Assembly: GCF_000181795.1 (NCBI RefSeq)
Contig: NW_003526948.1
Coordinates: forward strand, 9,438 to 73,437
DNA from: Trichinella spiralis
Lineage: Eukaryota
Length of the DNA stretch: 64,000 nucleotides
Reading direction: 5' to 3'
Of this stretch, positions 11,540 to 25,800 are shown one piece after another. Position 1 is the stretch's first letter, and every line of letters begins with the position of its first letter. Position numbers and translations under genes: made by a program. The notes under the pieces are model-generated. The model ran no database searches and was not told the DNA's origin. It saw nothing but the letters and a program-made list of their open reading frames with translations.

Positions 11540-14034
11540 ATGTCTTTTAGTAGATATTCAGTAACTTCGAAATTATTTTGGTTGTTTTCTTTTTCGACAT
11601 TTTCATCATATTCTCGTATAAGCAGAAAAATCCAAATGCACCTTTTGAAACAATTTGTTGTTTACGTTTTGGGCAGCAATTGCGAAGACAAGCTTCAAAT
11701 AATTTTTAAATATCCACTGAAAAATCGTGAGGAGAAGTTGACGCTGATTCGTGAGCGAGATGATCCGCTTTCGCAGACGTTGAATCGTTTATCAAAGAAG
11801 CTCAGCAAATTCGCTGGGAAAATAGACATGATAAAAGCAAACAAAGCTGTTGATGACGACAATGATGCAAATGATAAAATGAATGCACAATGCTTTACAA
11901 ATGTGAAATTGTATAATGACAATGGGGAAGTTGTGGATGCTGATAATGTAACTACGGAAGAAGCTTTTTGGAAGTCCTCAGGATTTACTCTTGCAATAGC
12001 AGAGAAAAATTATCGAATTGTTAACCAAGTGCCGTACGTGAAGTACATTAACTGGGATTATCGCGTGTTTGTTGATTATCCTGTTCATCCAAAAATTATG
12101 ATTCTTAATGGCGAAATTGAGAAATCCGATTTTCTTTGGTACGTAGAGGAGAAAGAAACCCTGTCAACTAACGATTCTGATGAATTTGCTAATTTGTTAC
12201 CTGGAAATTGGATCTTACGTTTCAAAGGTTACGTATTCGTTCCTCAGATGGGAGATGTTGGAAAAAATGTGTGTTTCATTTGTCTTCCCCGCAGCAAAGA
12301 GCGATCAGGAGTACCTGAAGTATATTTTCTTAAATATGCTGTAGAAGAAGCTCCAAAAGAAGTTATCTGGAAGGACGGCCAGCTTTTATGCAAAACTCCA
12401 GTGATAGAAAATGATATGTAAGTGTTAATTATATTATACTTCTGTTTCATTTCATCTTTTAGTTTTCGACTGTTATCATACAATATTTTGGCTGGATCAT
12501 ACTTAGCGTTAAAGTTACCGAAAGATCAGCTGTATTTTCCTTACTGTCCAGTTGAGTATCAACGTGATGATTATCGAATTCCACTTCTGATGAAGCAAAT
12601 ACCAGGTATTTTTATTGCTTACTTTCATTTCAGGCAGTACTTTTTCCTTCCTTTTCTCTGAATAACATTCTTTCACTTGATTTTTAGTCAATGCGAATTA
12701 TTTATTTTAAGGTTACAAAGCTGATATTATGTGCTTGCAAGAAGTAGAGAAGAAGCTATTTTCTGTTTTATGGGGACCATATTTTGATAAAGCTGGCTAC
12801 AGTGGTGTGTTTAAACTGAAGGGTGGAGAAGTTGCAGAAGGTTTGGCCACATTTTTTAACAAGGAAAAATTCATGTATGTAGCACTGAAAATACATTAAT
12901 GGCGTCTCAATGATGAGTTGTAAAATTTTAGATACATCGATTCATTTGATGCTTTGTTAAGTGATTTAGCGAAAAGTGATAAACAAGAATTTAAATGGAT
13001 TCCAAACTGCTTAAATAAGAATCAAGAAGCTTTGAAATATTTCATGTCACGGCCACAAGCATTGCAGGTGAACCCAATGCAAATTAAATATGAATGATTT
13101 ATTTTACATAATGTAGTGAGGTCTTTATATATCTGATTTTTATTTAATGCTTAGATTTGTTTAGATGTGCTCCTTTTTGTTGCTAATTAGGCTTGTAAAC
13201 TGGTGATTAAGTTATAAAAATCTTCTTTATTTCTCACTTGAACGTTTTGCAAAAACATATTAACAGTTAATTCTTTTATTATTGGAAAGGATTTTTTAAA
13301 TTTCAGGTTACGGCATTTCGAAGCATTTTATTGCCAGATAAATTGATTTGCATTGCCAATACACATTTACATTCCAAAGGCGAGCATGATTATATAAGAC
13401 TTCTGCAAACTGCAATCTGTATTTTACACCTTAATAATGTATTTAAATCACTGAAAGAGAAGGTAAGTTTGATTTACCAAACTCTTGCTGAACTAGAAAC
13501 TGTATTATGTGGTGTACAAATTTGCATTTCATGTTGAATATTTATTTGTTTTATAAATTGATCTGCGCTAATTAATGTTTCAGTTTCCTGAATCCAGAAT
13601 AGCACTATGCCTTTGTGGAGATATGAACAGTACTCCAGATGCCGCTTTGCATGAATTAATTGAAAAAGGGACCGTTTCTAGTCAACGCACAGATTGGAGA
13701 ATTAAAGGTGCATTGCAGACATGTTGTTGTTTTATAGAAATATCTGTTTACTGCTAATATTTTAGCTGATGACGAAGAAAGTACAATTGCAACTGAGGTG
13801 AACATGCCCTTAACATTAACTTGCGTATCGGATGTAAGAACGTTCACTAATGTTACTGTTAATTTTTCTGCATGTTTGGATTACATCTACGTGAATGAAG
13901 AACTGCGGTTGAGTAAAATATATCCAGGTTACTCAGATGTGGCAGTAAGGCAGCATAAAGCTATTCCATCTGCTGCCTGTCCTTCTGATCATATTCCAGT
14001 GTTACTGGAAATTAAATTTAAATCAGCGGAATAA
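11540..14034 (+). CDS. PDE12: 2',5'-phosphodiesterase 12 (EEP/CCR4-family, mitochondrial deadenylase)
   Basis: Exons carry SYNILA, DIMCLQEV, EGLATFF, IANTHL, GDMNS, LDYIYV and PSDH motifs. The long N-terminal extension is typical of PDE12, and the Ser/Arg/Phe-rich, acid-free N-terminus resembles a mitochondrial presequence. Confidence 0.9.
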
Positions 14035-14464
14035 GAAAAAGAATAAGAAGAACGGAAAGTATTGAAAAGTCAAACAATGCATAATTATTCATTTCTAAGT
14101 ATTATTTTAATCCATTATTTTTTAAAATAAAGAAACAAATATATGTATTATGTTGCTGTTAATAGTGTGAGCTCAGGATAAACATGTACTATATTTGATA
14201 ACATAATCAAATAACTATGTAAATATTAAAATCAGTGCGAAATCACCCAACACACACGCGCAGGCAAACTATACACTGTAAAAGCTGCAATGCTTTTGCA
14301 CTAATTAAAATTTTTATTTTAGTCAGCATTTCATCTTTTCAGCATAATCAAATGTTTACTTTATCCGTTTGACAACATACAAGTATGTGTATGTATAAGA
14401 GAAAATGAGTATTTTTATAGTTGTTTCAAAGTATACTTTTAACTCAGTAAATTTGTATTTAAAA

Positions 14465-14465
<1 letters not shown>

Positions 14466-14525
<60 letters not shown>
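14466..14525. repeat. (CA)n microsatellite, about 30 units
   Basis: Uninterrupted CA run read directly from the sequence. Confidence 0.98.
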
Positions 14526-14527
<2 letters not shown>

Positions 14528-16750
14528 CTAACCATATAACTGCTTAGCTGAAGTGCATTTTATACTTCTACTTTATGTTTAGCAAATTAGATTTTAGAAG
14601 TTTATAAAGTTTAGAAAGAACAATATTATACGCAATATGATGATACAAAAGTTGTCTTCATTATTACTTACAGTTTTGTGACTTTGTATTCTGTGATGCA
14701 GTTTGAACCAATACCAGTGGTTTCGCAAATAGTTCTGCCAATTCAACGTTAGTACTGACCATTTTCACCGTAAGAAAGTTAGCGATGAACAACAATCTAA
14801 TCTGTGCAAATGAAAGAAGCGGAAAAGCTAATAAAGCAAATAATCGGACGATCAGTTGACCCATGTACTGAAATGTGCATTTTCGTGCATGGCGCTTGCT
14901 TTTTATTCAACCAATCATTGTAACGCTGCTGTTAATTCGATTGCTACAAATCTGCCTAAAGCTATAGAAGGCAACGCTCCACTAATAAATAAACAGTGCA
15001 CATCCCCGCTTCAGTTATGATTTTAGGTCAAAATGCTGATAAGCTTTCCGGTTTGGAATTTACCTGACAACGTGCTCACGGCTGTGCAAAATCTACATGG
15101 CAAATAACTCAACATATGCAAATTGCATGATATACACTAAAAATAAAAAACAGCAGTTAAATATATATGTGGTAAAAACATATTTCATATAAATATAAAA
15201 ATATGCGAGGCATAAATTCTATTTATTATTATCAGTACAATGATAATTAGGACGGACTGTATTATCTTTAAAATCACACAAACTAACATAGAGTGTTTGT
15301 TATCCAAAGCTACCACATTTGCACAATGCAATTTTTCCTTTCCGATGATGTTTACTGCTTCATGTTTCCAAACTGAACTGTTCATAAAATCGGGCTATTG
15401 GATAGTAATTTATTTCCAAAACGACGATTCACAACTAGTCGACATATCGACTTCCTGAAAATCATCATCAAAATTCATAACTGTGTGTTCAGCGTTTTTC
15501 CACATCTTACGTCAAAATCAAACCAACGCAACAAATGCCTGGTTAAATCAATTTTATTCAGAACTGTACACAGCAGACAGAACTCAAATCACAAAACATC
15601 TACACACTCGCACGTGCCAATTAGCAGAAAAACAAAAATGACCCTACTATATTCAAGAGGGATGAACAGTGTTTAACACGCAAGTATGTTTTGTTCGTAA
15701 AAGCTGCCATAATAATGATCATCACATAAATAACTTCACTACCGTACTTGAAAAGTTTCAATGGAAAAAAACAAACGTCAGCGTAAATCTGCATTCATCT
15801 ACAGCTTATCCAGTCCACTGTTATACAATTTAAATATAATATTATTCACTAAGTCTAATATTATAGTAGAAAATTAAAATGACAAATTTTCTGAATTTCC
15901 AATTATTCGGTTCAAAAGTCGTGCAAGAAATGTTTCCACAACGAACTGCATGCATGCACACAATGCAAATACTTTTCCTATGAATTCATTTTCTCCATTA
16001 TTTCAAAAACAAAATAAAAATTTATTTTGCTCCCAACACCACATCACAATAAAAAGAAGAAAAAACCAACAGATAAGCAACGTCGAAATTAACCCAGAAG
16101 AAGTCGAAGCTATTGTGAAAATTACCATCACCCCAAAAACAGAACAACATTCATGTCCATACTGGCTTTCACAGACGTAAAAAACTGAAGGCTTTGACTG
16201 AAAGACCAACGAGTCGTAGTGAATGAATAGTCCAAGACAAGATGAGTATGCAAATCACTTGGTCATTTGGGCAGCATTTCTCATCAGTTATTCAAGTTTT
16301 CTACTGCAGCTGTCCAACTGCACTATTAATGAAATGCCATTCCATAGCTACAATTATTTTTGATTTGTTGAACAGTAAAAAACCATATCAATGCATCTTT
16401 CACAATGCCAATAAACATTGTCAACGCATCAGTGGGACTTAAAATCCCTGCGATAATTTGTCCAAAATTGGTTGAAATAATTATAATTTCATTCACACTC
16501 ATCATATATCACGTCTTTCGCCTCAGTTTCTCACGCAAAACTTCATCTTACTCATTAAACTAAAAATTGATAACATTAAACGTATAAAAATATAATAATG
16601 AACAACGAATATCATCTGATGAGCAAAAATAGAAACGCATTATCTGTCTTCACTATTGTCAAAGGCAGAAAAAGTTATCTAATAATATATACATATATTA
16701 TATGTATGCATGCATATACATGTACTTGAATCATTATTCGTCTTCAAGTG

Positions 16751-19700
16751 TTACTGCTGCGAAGCAGGATAGAAACCACTCGAAGATCCATCATCCATAC
16801 TAGATGAGCTTGAAACTTCTTCGCTATGTTCATAATTTGTATCCTGCGACAACATCATTGATTCGAGCTGAATTCGCAAAGATTCATCAACTTCCACCTC
16901 CTAAAACATCAGTTTCTTTCAAACAAAGCAAACATTTCACATAATATTACATACGATAATAATATAATAAATTAAAAATACAAAGCATTCTACCTGAGTG
17001 AAATCACTTTGAGACTGAAATGCCATTGACTGACTAGAGGATGCAGATGCTTCGTCAGATGGCACCAGTCGGCGTCCCGACGCAGATCGCATTTTCCGCC
17101 TTCGGCGATCACGCATTTCACCACCCTCTTTGGCATTTCTTTCTACAAAAACAATTCATAACAAAAATTTCAAAGCATGTTAATACTATCTGAGATAGTC
17201 AGTTACACAAAAAATACATTACAGAAACTTAGTAAGTAAAATAGAAAAGTAACAAAAATAAAACAACGAATTGAACATACGTGAAGATGTAGGTAGCATA
17301 AACATGTTGTATGGAATGGGAGGGTCAAAAGAGTTCAAAAGTGATGACGCAGCTTGAGAACGCCCCACAGATATCAAACTCAGTTCATCTCTGTATGAAC
17401 TGCTCACTTTCGGGCGACCTGAAAACATTAATCCAGCTATGAAATATTTCAACTGTGCAAAATTTTCAACACTTACAAGGCAGTTTATTTCGATTCTGAT
17501 TGTAACTGTTAAGCAACATATCCTTGACTGTAATTGTTTTCTAAAACAAACAAATTAGTTATAAATTTACAGTTGAAAATGAGTTAAAACCTACCATGAC
17601 AGGTAAATTGGATTTTCCTTTATTAAAATCAACTTTATACTCTTTCAGTGCATTCAAAGGACCATCAAGCAAACAATGATTTTCTCTACAGAATCTCAGC
17701 AGACTGTGCCACATTGGTTGACGGGACAGAACTTTCGGATTTCCAACAATAATCAAGCCGTAGCGTGCACGAGTCAGTGCAACATTCAAACGACGTGGGT
17801 CATTCAGAAAACCAATTCCACTGTGTTCGTTCGATCGTACACATGACAGCAAAATAATATCCTTCTCTCGCCCCTAAATATATGAACAAATAAATAAATA
17901 TGTATTAGAAGAGTATTATTATCAATACCTGAAATGCATCAACACTAGCTACTTCAATTTCTTGGTAAAGCTTGTTGTTCAACGGGCCGCTGAGTAACAT
18001 ATGTTGAACAATATAGGCACGCTGTCCTTCATAAGGAGTAATTATGCCGATCTGATCAGCACGGATACCAGAGCGCAAAAATTTTGTCGCAATTTTTTCA
18101 ATATGTGCCGCTTCAGCGCGATTCAAAAACGATGTGCCTGAACTAGATATCTCTTCTTGACTAGCAGTACACCAAAAAAACATTGGCACAGTAGGATTTG
18201 GCCATCGAAAATCAACTCCTTCCAAAATTCTCTCTTCTATAACATCATCATCATTATTTTTTTTAAAAATGAAAAACTGAATAATTCAATTACGCTCCGT
18301 GACACCATTTTGCAAGGTGCCTTCGTAAAACAGATTGCTTGGAAGCGACGACAACAATGGATGCATTCGATACTGTACTTGCAAACGTATCGGCCGATTA
18401 CCAAGAATTACCAAACGTTCAAATAAAGACTGATTCAAACCAGCTCGTGCAGCTTTCTTACACATCACTACAGGACCAAGTTGACAATGATCACCAACTA
18501 ATATTACCTATTATTGAAAACAAAATGTACAGCAGGCGAAACCAAGAATTAAATTAAATTAAATGCATACCTGTCTAGCTCCTGTCATTATCGGTATGAG
18601 ACATTCAGGTTCCGTTGCTTGCGTAGATTCGTCGATCAATACAGCTCGGAATCTGATATGATTAAACCTCGGATCACCTGCAGCCACACATGTGCAGCAT
18701 ACAACGTCCGCATGTTTAAGTAAATCACGTTCACACTTTGATCTCAAAAAACGGAATCGATACTCGTCCAAACTGCTCAACTCGCCGGTCTCCTCCTTCA
18801 ACTGCCACAATTTGTCCAGTTCCTCTTCTCTGAAATATTAAAATTGATAAAGCTGAACAAATATATAGAATGAAATCAACTAAAATAAGCTCGAATCTGA
18901 ACAATCTGAAACAAACCAGAAATAACAATTACCCTTCTAAATATCGGACTTGGTTGTGCAGAGCGAGAAAACTGACCGGAGAATCTATTGCCTCTCTAGA
19001 TTTCGCGCACATGCGAATAACCTTCAAACCAGTGCGATTTATTTTTTCAGCCAACTGATCAACGGCTACATTGCTTGGAGCGCAAACTAATATCGGTGTT
19101 CCACCTGCCTTGGCCAAATGGTAAACAATCGATGCAGATGTTACCGTCTTCCCCGTTCCAGGGGGACCCTTAAAAAACACCATGAAGAGTCAAAGTCCAT
19201 AAAATGAAACTTATCAATAACATACCTGAATTAAGCTGATACTGCGTGTCAAAACCTCCCGCACTGCCATAACTTGACTGTGGTTCAACTCAGGCAAACC
19301 TGGCGCCGAATAATGCTTTGGATATAAAATATTCAACGGCGGTGCTTCATAATCATGCCCCAAAATTTTACGATGAATTGCATGGGAAACAAAACCATCA
19401 TCAGTCAATTTTCTCAATGCTATGAACATTCTGAAAAATAACCCATTAATTGACATTCACAAATACATCAAGAAACACCAGAAATTCAATTCTGCAGTTG
19501 AAGGAAAATCAAAATTAAAATCATAACAAAAATATACCGATCAAAAGAAGTTGATTTCCAAACAAAATCCACTGAATAGCCATAAGTAACATCAGGTGGA
19601 GGAGCGTCATGGGCATTTATCAACTCAATCCCAACCTCTTCGCCAAAATCTAAAAGAACTTCATTTTGAAAAGAAAAATTTAATTTTAATATAAACACAT

Positions 19701-21606
19701 ACTATCTGGAACTTTTATAACGTGTCCGCTTGCCCTCCAGACCTTGCCGTCAAAGTTTGAATTCAAACGCAGTTCATCACCAGTCATCAACTTAACTTCT
19801 TTAAAAATAACCACATACATTAAGATGTTGCATATAACTTTTATGTGATACCCTACCGGTGTCGCTAATTTTGTTCAGTGAAAAATAGGCAATGCGTTTC
19901 TTATTCAAACCAACGTCCCAACGAACTGTAATATTCTGCTGACTCTGTGCTTCCTTTAAGCGACATTCATAATCAGCTTCCATGAAAATCAACGGTCCGA
20001 ATACGCTTTTATAATGCTCAGCATTGTCATAACTAAAAAAAGTATTGATGACAATAAAAATTTAGAAATATTTAAAACAGGTACGAAATTAAGTAATTTA
20101 ATGACAACATTATTCAATACAACATACCCCAGTAATCAAAAAGTTCATTCAACCCTTGATCTTGAAAATTACAGTATAATATACAGTAACCAAAATGTAA
20201 TTTCTGATATCTGATCAAATTATTTTTCTAGGAATGAAACACATCTTTCACTTTACAATCTCACCTTTCACTTCCCAAGCATTATTCATACCGTACAACT
20301 ATGATAGTGCACTACCATGATTTTGCAGTCATTTATACATAATAAAAAATAATAAACTGCAATGGAAAAATATATTGTATCACACACGATTAAACTCAAA
20401 TTATTTTAAGAAAACTGAATCAGAATCTGCTTTAATGAGAGTTACCATGCTATGTAAAATTTTCCAAAACAAAAAAATTTCAACCAAATACTAAAAAATG
20501 CTAAATCAAGTCACATTTTAATCCTACTTTAAGATATTACTGCCAAAATTACAAAAGATTTAACATAGCTTAAGAATAAATTTTAAAAAATTGGCAAAAA
20601 GTACCAATCTTTAATAAAAGTACGTATAAATATCGATGAAAACGTTACCGTAAAGAAACTGCTTCCGGCTCCGCTTCATTTTGTGGATTTTCCAAATCTT
20701 CCAAAGTACCTTCTGGATTTTCCTATAAAAAAAGAAATTAATACATTAAAATTAAAATAAAACAACACTCACCTTCCATAACTCTTCCAATTTCACCATG
20801 TCTGCTGGTGCAATACGACGCGTATTTTTCATTTCTTTCAAAGTTGGAATGCTGACCAACCAAGAGATAAATGCTTTGTCACAGATCAACGGCTTCCACT
20901 GTTTATGATCCCTGAAAGTAATTAAAAAATAAGTAAAGTATATAGATGACAAAAATTCTTACCAATCCAAATCTTTTAACGAATTTTGATTAGCGCACGG
21001 CTGTCGGCACAGCAATACCACAACACTTTCCGTTGTAGCGGAAACAAAACCCAACAAAAACACATTTCTACAGCCACAATTGTAACACTCCAACACTGTT
21101 TCTCCCAGAGGTCCCATGCTGTGCAAAGTCACTTCTTTGTGTCGAGAACGAACCAAATGAGTAACAATATGACTAAATTTCCCAAATAAAAATCACCGAT
21201 TTCATGCCCAAAAATAAAAAAAAAACATAATCGCACCTTCCAGCTGAATTAGTGAGACGTCCATTACAAAACCATTTTTTGCAATAATTACAAAGAACAA
21301 CTGAACTCGGTTCGTGATAGCCACAATAGCGGCATGCGTGCTCGGGCAAGACGACGGGCAGTTCTTCTTCAGAAAGCTGCGTAATCGCGTTCGTCTAAAA
21401 AAAGTAAATATATAAATGGTAAAAGTATAACGAACCGCAATTTTCAATACCGATTTCAGCGTTGTGTCATTATCCGAACTATAATCAAGATAATCTAATT
21501 CAGAATCTTGAGTTTGATCGAGCATTTGCATGCGTTGACCGGTGTTGTAGAAAGATAACGACTGCGGAGAGTTCTTTTTACGTCTTTGCTGCTCTCTAAC
21601 GTCCAT
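16751..21606 (-). CDS. UPF1: Regulator of nonsense transcripts 1 (UPF1/SMG-2 RNA helicase), multi-exon
   Basis: CH domain [10 protein letters not shown]...CKKWFCNGR and [27 protein letters not shown]. Helicase motifs [36 protein letters not shown] and [12 protein letters not shown]-terminal SQ/TQ motifs (FTQ, LSQD, ASQQ*) with TAA at 16753-16751. Confidence 0.97.
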
Positions 21607-22849
21607 TGTTCGTTGTTACTAGTCGAAATGTGAAAGATAAAAAAAATAAATTTAAATCAAATGCACCAATCGACAGAGACAACACCAAACACAACCAAAC
21701 TTGGAACACAAATGACCTACTAACAATGACAGTAAGCCAATACAGTAATACTACCTACTTATTATTTGTTGCATGACGTGTAATAAAGCGAAGATAGATT
21801 ACTAAAACATTTAGCTAAAAATTACACAAATAAATTTAAGCCTCATATTTGTTCAAGAAAATAAATATAAAAATTTTTTATTAAAAAAGTAATCGCATTC
21901 AACGATTAGACAAAAGCTCACCACTGACAAGAAAAACAAACCATCACAGGATTTCAGTTTGATTAGCTGTAATATTTTTACATTTTATTTGTTCAAATAT
22001 TCCATGGTCCAAATTTATTAGTGTAATAACAACTGCTCCCGCTTTTTTCATTTATGCTCTACAGCATCTTTCAAATTAATTTTTTATTTATGCATTTCTG
22101 TTTGATATTTATTTTTTCAAAAATTAGACTAATTTCTAGATACATAATGATCTTCGATTCAACGTTTGATCTAATGTCGTTTTCTTGTTTCATAACTTTC
22201 GAATTTTTTAATTGGCCGCTTCAGATGATTTTTCAGCAAATGGTCGACAATTGATTGGTTGAAAGTTATCTACGTCTAATCTTGTGTGAGAATTCCTTGT
22301 GCTAGTTTGATTGCTTATTTATGTTTTTATATGTGTTTACCGTAGAGCACAGCTGATATTTAATATCATCTTATTGAGGATAAACGGAGACGTAATGCCA
22401 GGGTCTGTTTCGATTGAATGTATACTTTTGTTGTATATTTGATCATGTAGGAGGACTGATTAGGGTTCACTGGAAAGGTGGGACAGACTAGAAAATGTCT
22501 TTCTTTATTCTATTTCAACTATTTCTTGAAATTCATTTGTTTACCACAAATTGACTGATCAATATTTAAATCCATATAAATGTATGGATTATTTTGCAGA
22601 TTCTTTTTGCTCAAAAGTAGATAAAGTGAAGTTTGTAAGAAGTTTCTTTTTGTAGGAAAAGTTGGCTGAAATTTCAGACCTATCATTGGCACTGCTGTGA
22701 AGCATAAACCGCTGTTCATTCGCACGCTTATTGATTATACATTGCCAGGTTGAAAGTTTTTATAATTACAATTTTTATTTGGGACAAAAAATGCTGGGCA
22801 ACAACTTATAATCAGAAGTCAAGCAAGCATTCCAAAAGTGACAAAAACT

Positions 22850-25800
22850 TCACATCAGGAGATCAGTCTTGCTTGGTCTGAGTCGTTTCGACATAATTAT
22901 ACCGATAGCTATACACTGAGTTAAGGCAACAATGCTAAGAAATGATGAAACTCCAATAAAGGTAGACTTTGGAAAGCAGACACGTAGTTTGTTTTGTGAT
23001 GTGCGTTTCACATCTAAATGCATCATGAAAACTTGTAATTATATTTATGCATAAATGTTAGACTATTTTAATGTACCTGTAAAATCAGTGTCGTCAACTT
23101 CCTGCGATACCCATTGCCTAGCTGCAGTTTTGGCAATTTCTTCTTCCTGTGGATCAACAATGACGAATGTCGTCAAAGCAGATGAGCGTCTTGGCACAAT
23201 GTATTCATCAGTTTCAACTAAATTAGTTCATATTAAATTGAGTCGTTTAAAATGAATTTGATGATTCAAAATTATTAACGTTATCAAAACTATTATTTAT
23301 TGTATTTCTTGTAAAAGTTAAAAGCTTTATTTACTGTTTTGAAGTTGTTCAGTATAAACGAGGTTATTTGGCATTTTTTCAGAAGCTTGACGTTTCCTTC
23401 TTCCATAAGAAGCTTCATCAGATCCATGCACATTGCATACAGCCTAAAATTTAGTTAAAACATTTTTTCTTTATCAAACGTCAAGTTCCATAAATAAACA
23501 ATTCGGCAAATTCATAATACAAAGTGTATAAATATATAAACTATTTTGCCATATTTGTTTTCAGGGAGAAAAATTGCTTACCGGTTTGCATGGGCCTTGG
23601 CAAATATCCAACTGACAAATAATTCTAACGGTTCTGCTTCCATCAAATCGGAAGGCCTGAAGTGGAGCTACCTTTGTTGAATTATTTACACGTTTCACAA
23701 CTCCGGGCATAAGCTTTGACGCCACAGCGGGAGTTGGGCAGCCGTCTTCAATCAGTTTTAAGTATGTTACGGTTGGTTGCTTGTCTACAGGACATGATTC
23801 TGCGGTGCATTTTGGAGAATCACACGGTGGGTTAGGGCAATTGGAATGACCAAATCCATAACCTGGGGTAAATTCTTTTGTTCCATCTGAATAAGTAATC
23901 ATAAACAAAACATTACTTTGAGTACACGGTGAAAAAAGAATTACCTTCTTTTGTAGTGTATGGACTTTTAGGACTGCCTCCTCTCTCAGCGACGCATTGC
24001 TTGACAAAGAAATCCAAATTGGATTCTTGAACCATCATTTCCCATTTCAGTTCTAACATTTCACCAAGTTTAGCTTGAAGTACAGATTGTCCGTTTCCAG
24101 CCATATTCATCACTACAGGACTGGACAATTCAACTTTACCACGTGGGTGAATATGCGTTGGCGTCGGACCTCTGCAAAGTTTCATTATTTGCATTTTTCG
24201 TAATGAAATTATGAAATGTCAAGAAATTTTCAGTTATGTAAAAATGTTTCAGTTATCACTACTTACTCAACACGCAGTTTAGCTTGCGTCTGAACCTTCT
24301 TTGCTTGAACACTACTGTAATCACATGACACTTCATAAATATCATCTTGGGAAGTGACAAGTCCAGGAATTCCAAGGTTGTTGCTTTGAACGACAATTGT
24401 CGCTTTGTATGTTCCATTGTTCTAAATAATAATAAATAAATAATTATCTACTTATTGAAAATTACGTTTATAAAACTTACGAATTCAACCAAGCCGCAGT
24501 CACGTATAGGCAATGTTGGAGGAGGCAAAAGTTTGTGCTGTCCTTTCAGACGATGCATATTTGGCTTCAAACTATTTGTATTAGGGAGAGGTGGTTGGGT
24601 AGATTTGAAACCGTAAGCTGTAGAGACAGTAGGCTGGAGCTGTGGTGTAGAAGGCAGTGGCGGACTGGTATAGGTTTGTCTTTTGTCTCTCAAGTTAGAC
24701 TCACAAGCACCTCCAGGACACGGTTGTGCTACTTTGTGCGCTTCAGCGGCAGACAATGGGAAACCGAGATGCAACATGGCCATATTGGAATCCTTAACTT
24801 CAACTCTGCAGGTATCATACTTCATTTTAACGAAAACAGCGCCAGTGAAAGGTGATTCTTTTGTCACCTGAAATGGAATTTTCAAGTCTAGTTCAAAGAA
24901 TATTTTTCATATTTCCTTACTTTCACTTTCATTCCATCAAAGTTGCAAATAGTTTGTATTTCACCAGCCCCACAGACTCTTGTGAAAGTACTTTTTGTTG
25001 CACTTTCCTTGCTCATGGCCAATTCCTTAAGCAATTCACAATGACCATTCTCATGATCATAATTTGCCCCATTGCAACTAAATCAAATTGATAATTATCA
25101 CCATTATGAATATGCAAATTGAAAATCATAAATGCAAAGCATGTCAAGTATACTCTTGAGTGTTGAGACACTCGGACAGACAGTCTGGTAGTGCTACAGG
25201 ATGAGTATAGGCTTTCAACACAGTTCCACTACTTTCTTTGTTAGTCTGTTGATCAAAAGCAAATACACAGTTGCTCACATCTCCTGCAAGAATATAAATA
25301 ATTTCAGAAATTAGGCTTTTGCATATAATTGCATTGCCATTGTAAGTAGAATGACTTACCAGGAATGCACTGAAGCTCGTAATAATCAGAGTTTGTTTTG
25401 CTTTCAACTGGAGAACTCAAACTGTTTACAAACATCAGATGACACTGTCCACTGTCACTGTCGTGGGTGACAGAGCGACAGGTTTCAGGGAAGCTTTCTC
25501 TACATCTTAAAATCAGAAATTGTAATTTATTTCACTTTTTTCATATTTGTATAGTTTTACTGTTGCAAGCAACTAGCAGCTGAGCCAGAAAATTTGCGAA
25601 TTGTATTATTTACAGTTCCAAATATTGCTGCGTTTGCAATTCTAATACTTGTGCTAGTTGTTCCTTCATAGCAACGATCTTCATCTTCTGAAGCAAAAAT
25701 CATTTGTAGCTTTAGAAGCAAACAAAAAGAAGCAATTTTTAACGTACTGTCTAAACAAGTGATGTCAAAGTAATCCACCTTGAATCCTTCAGTTTCTGGA

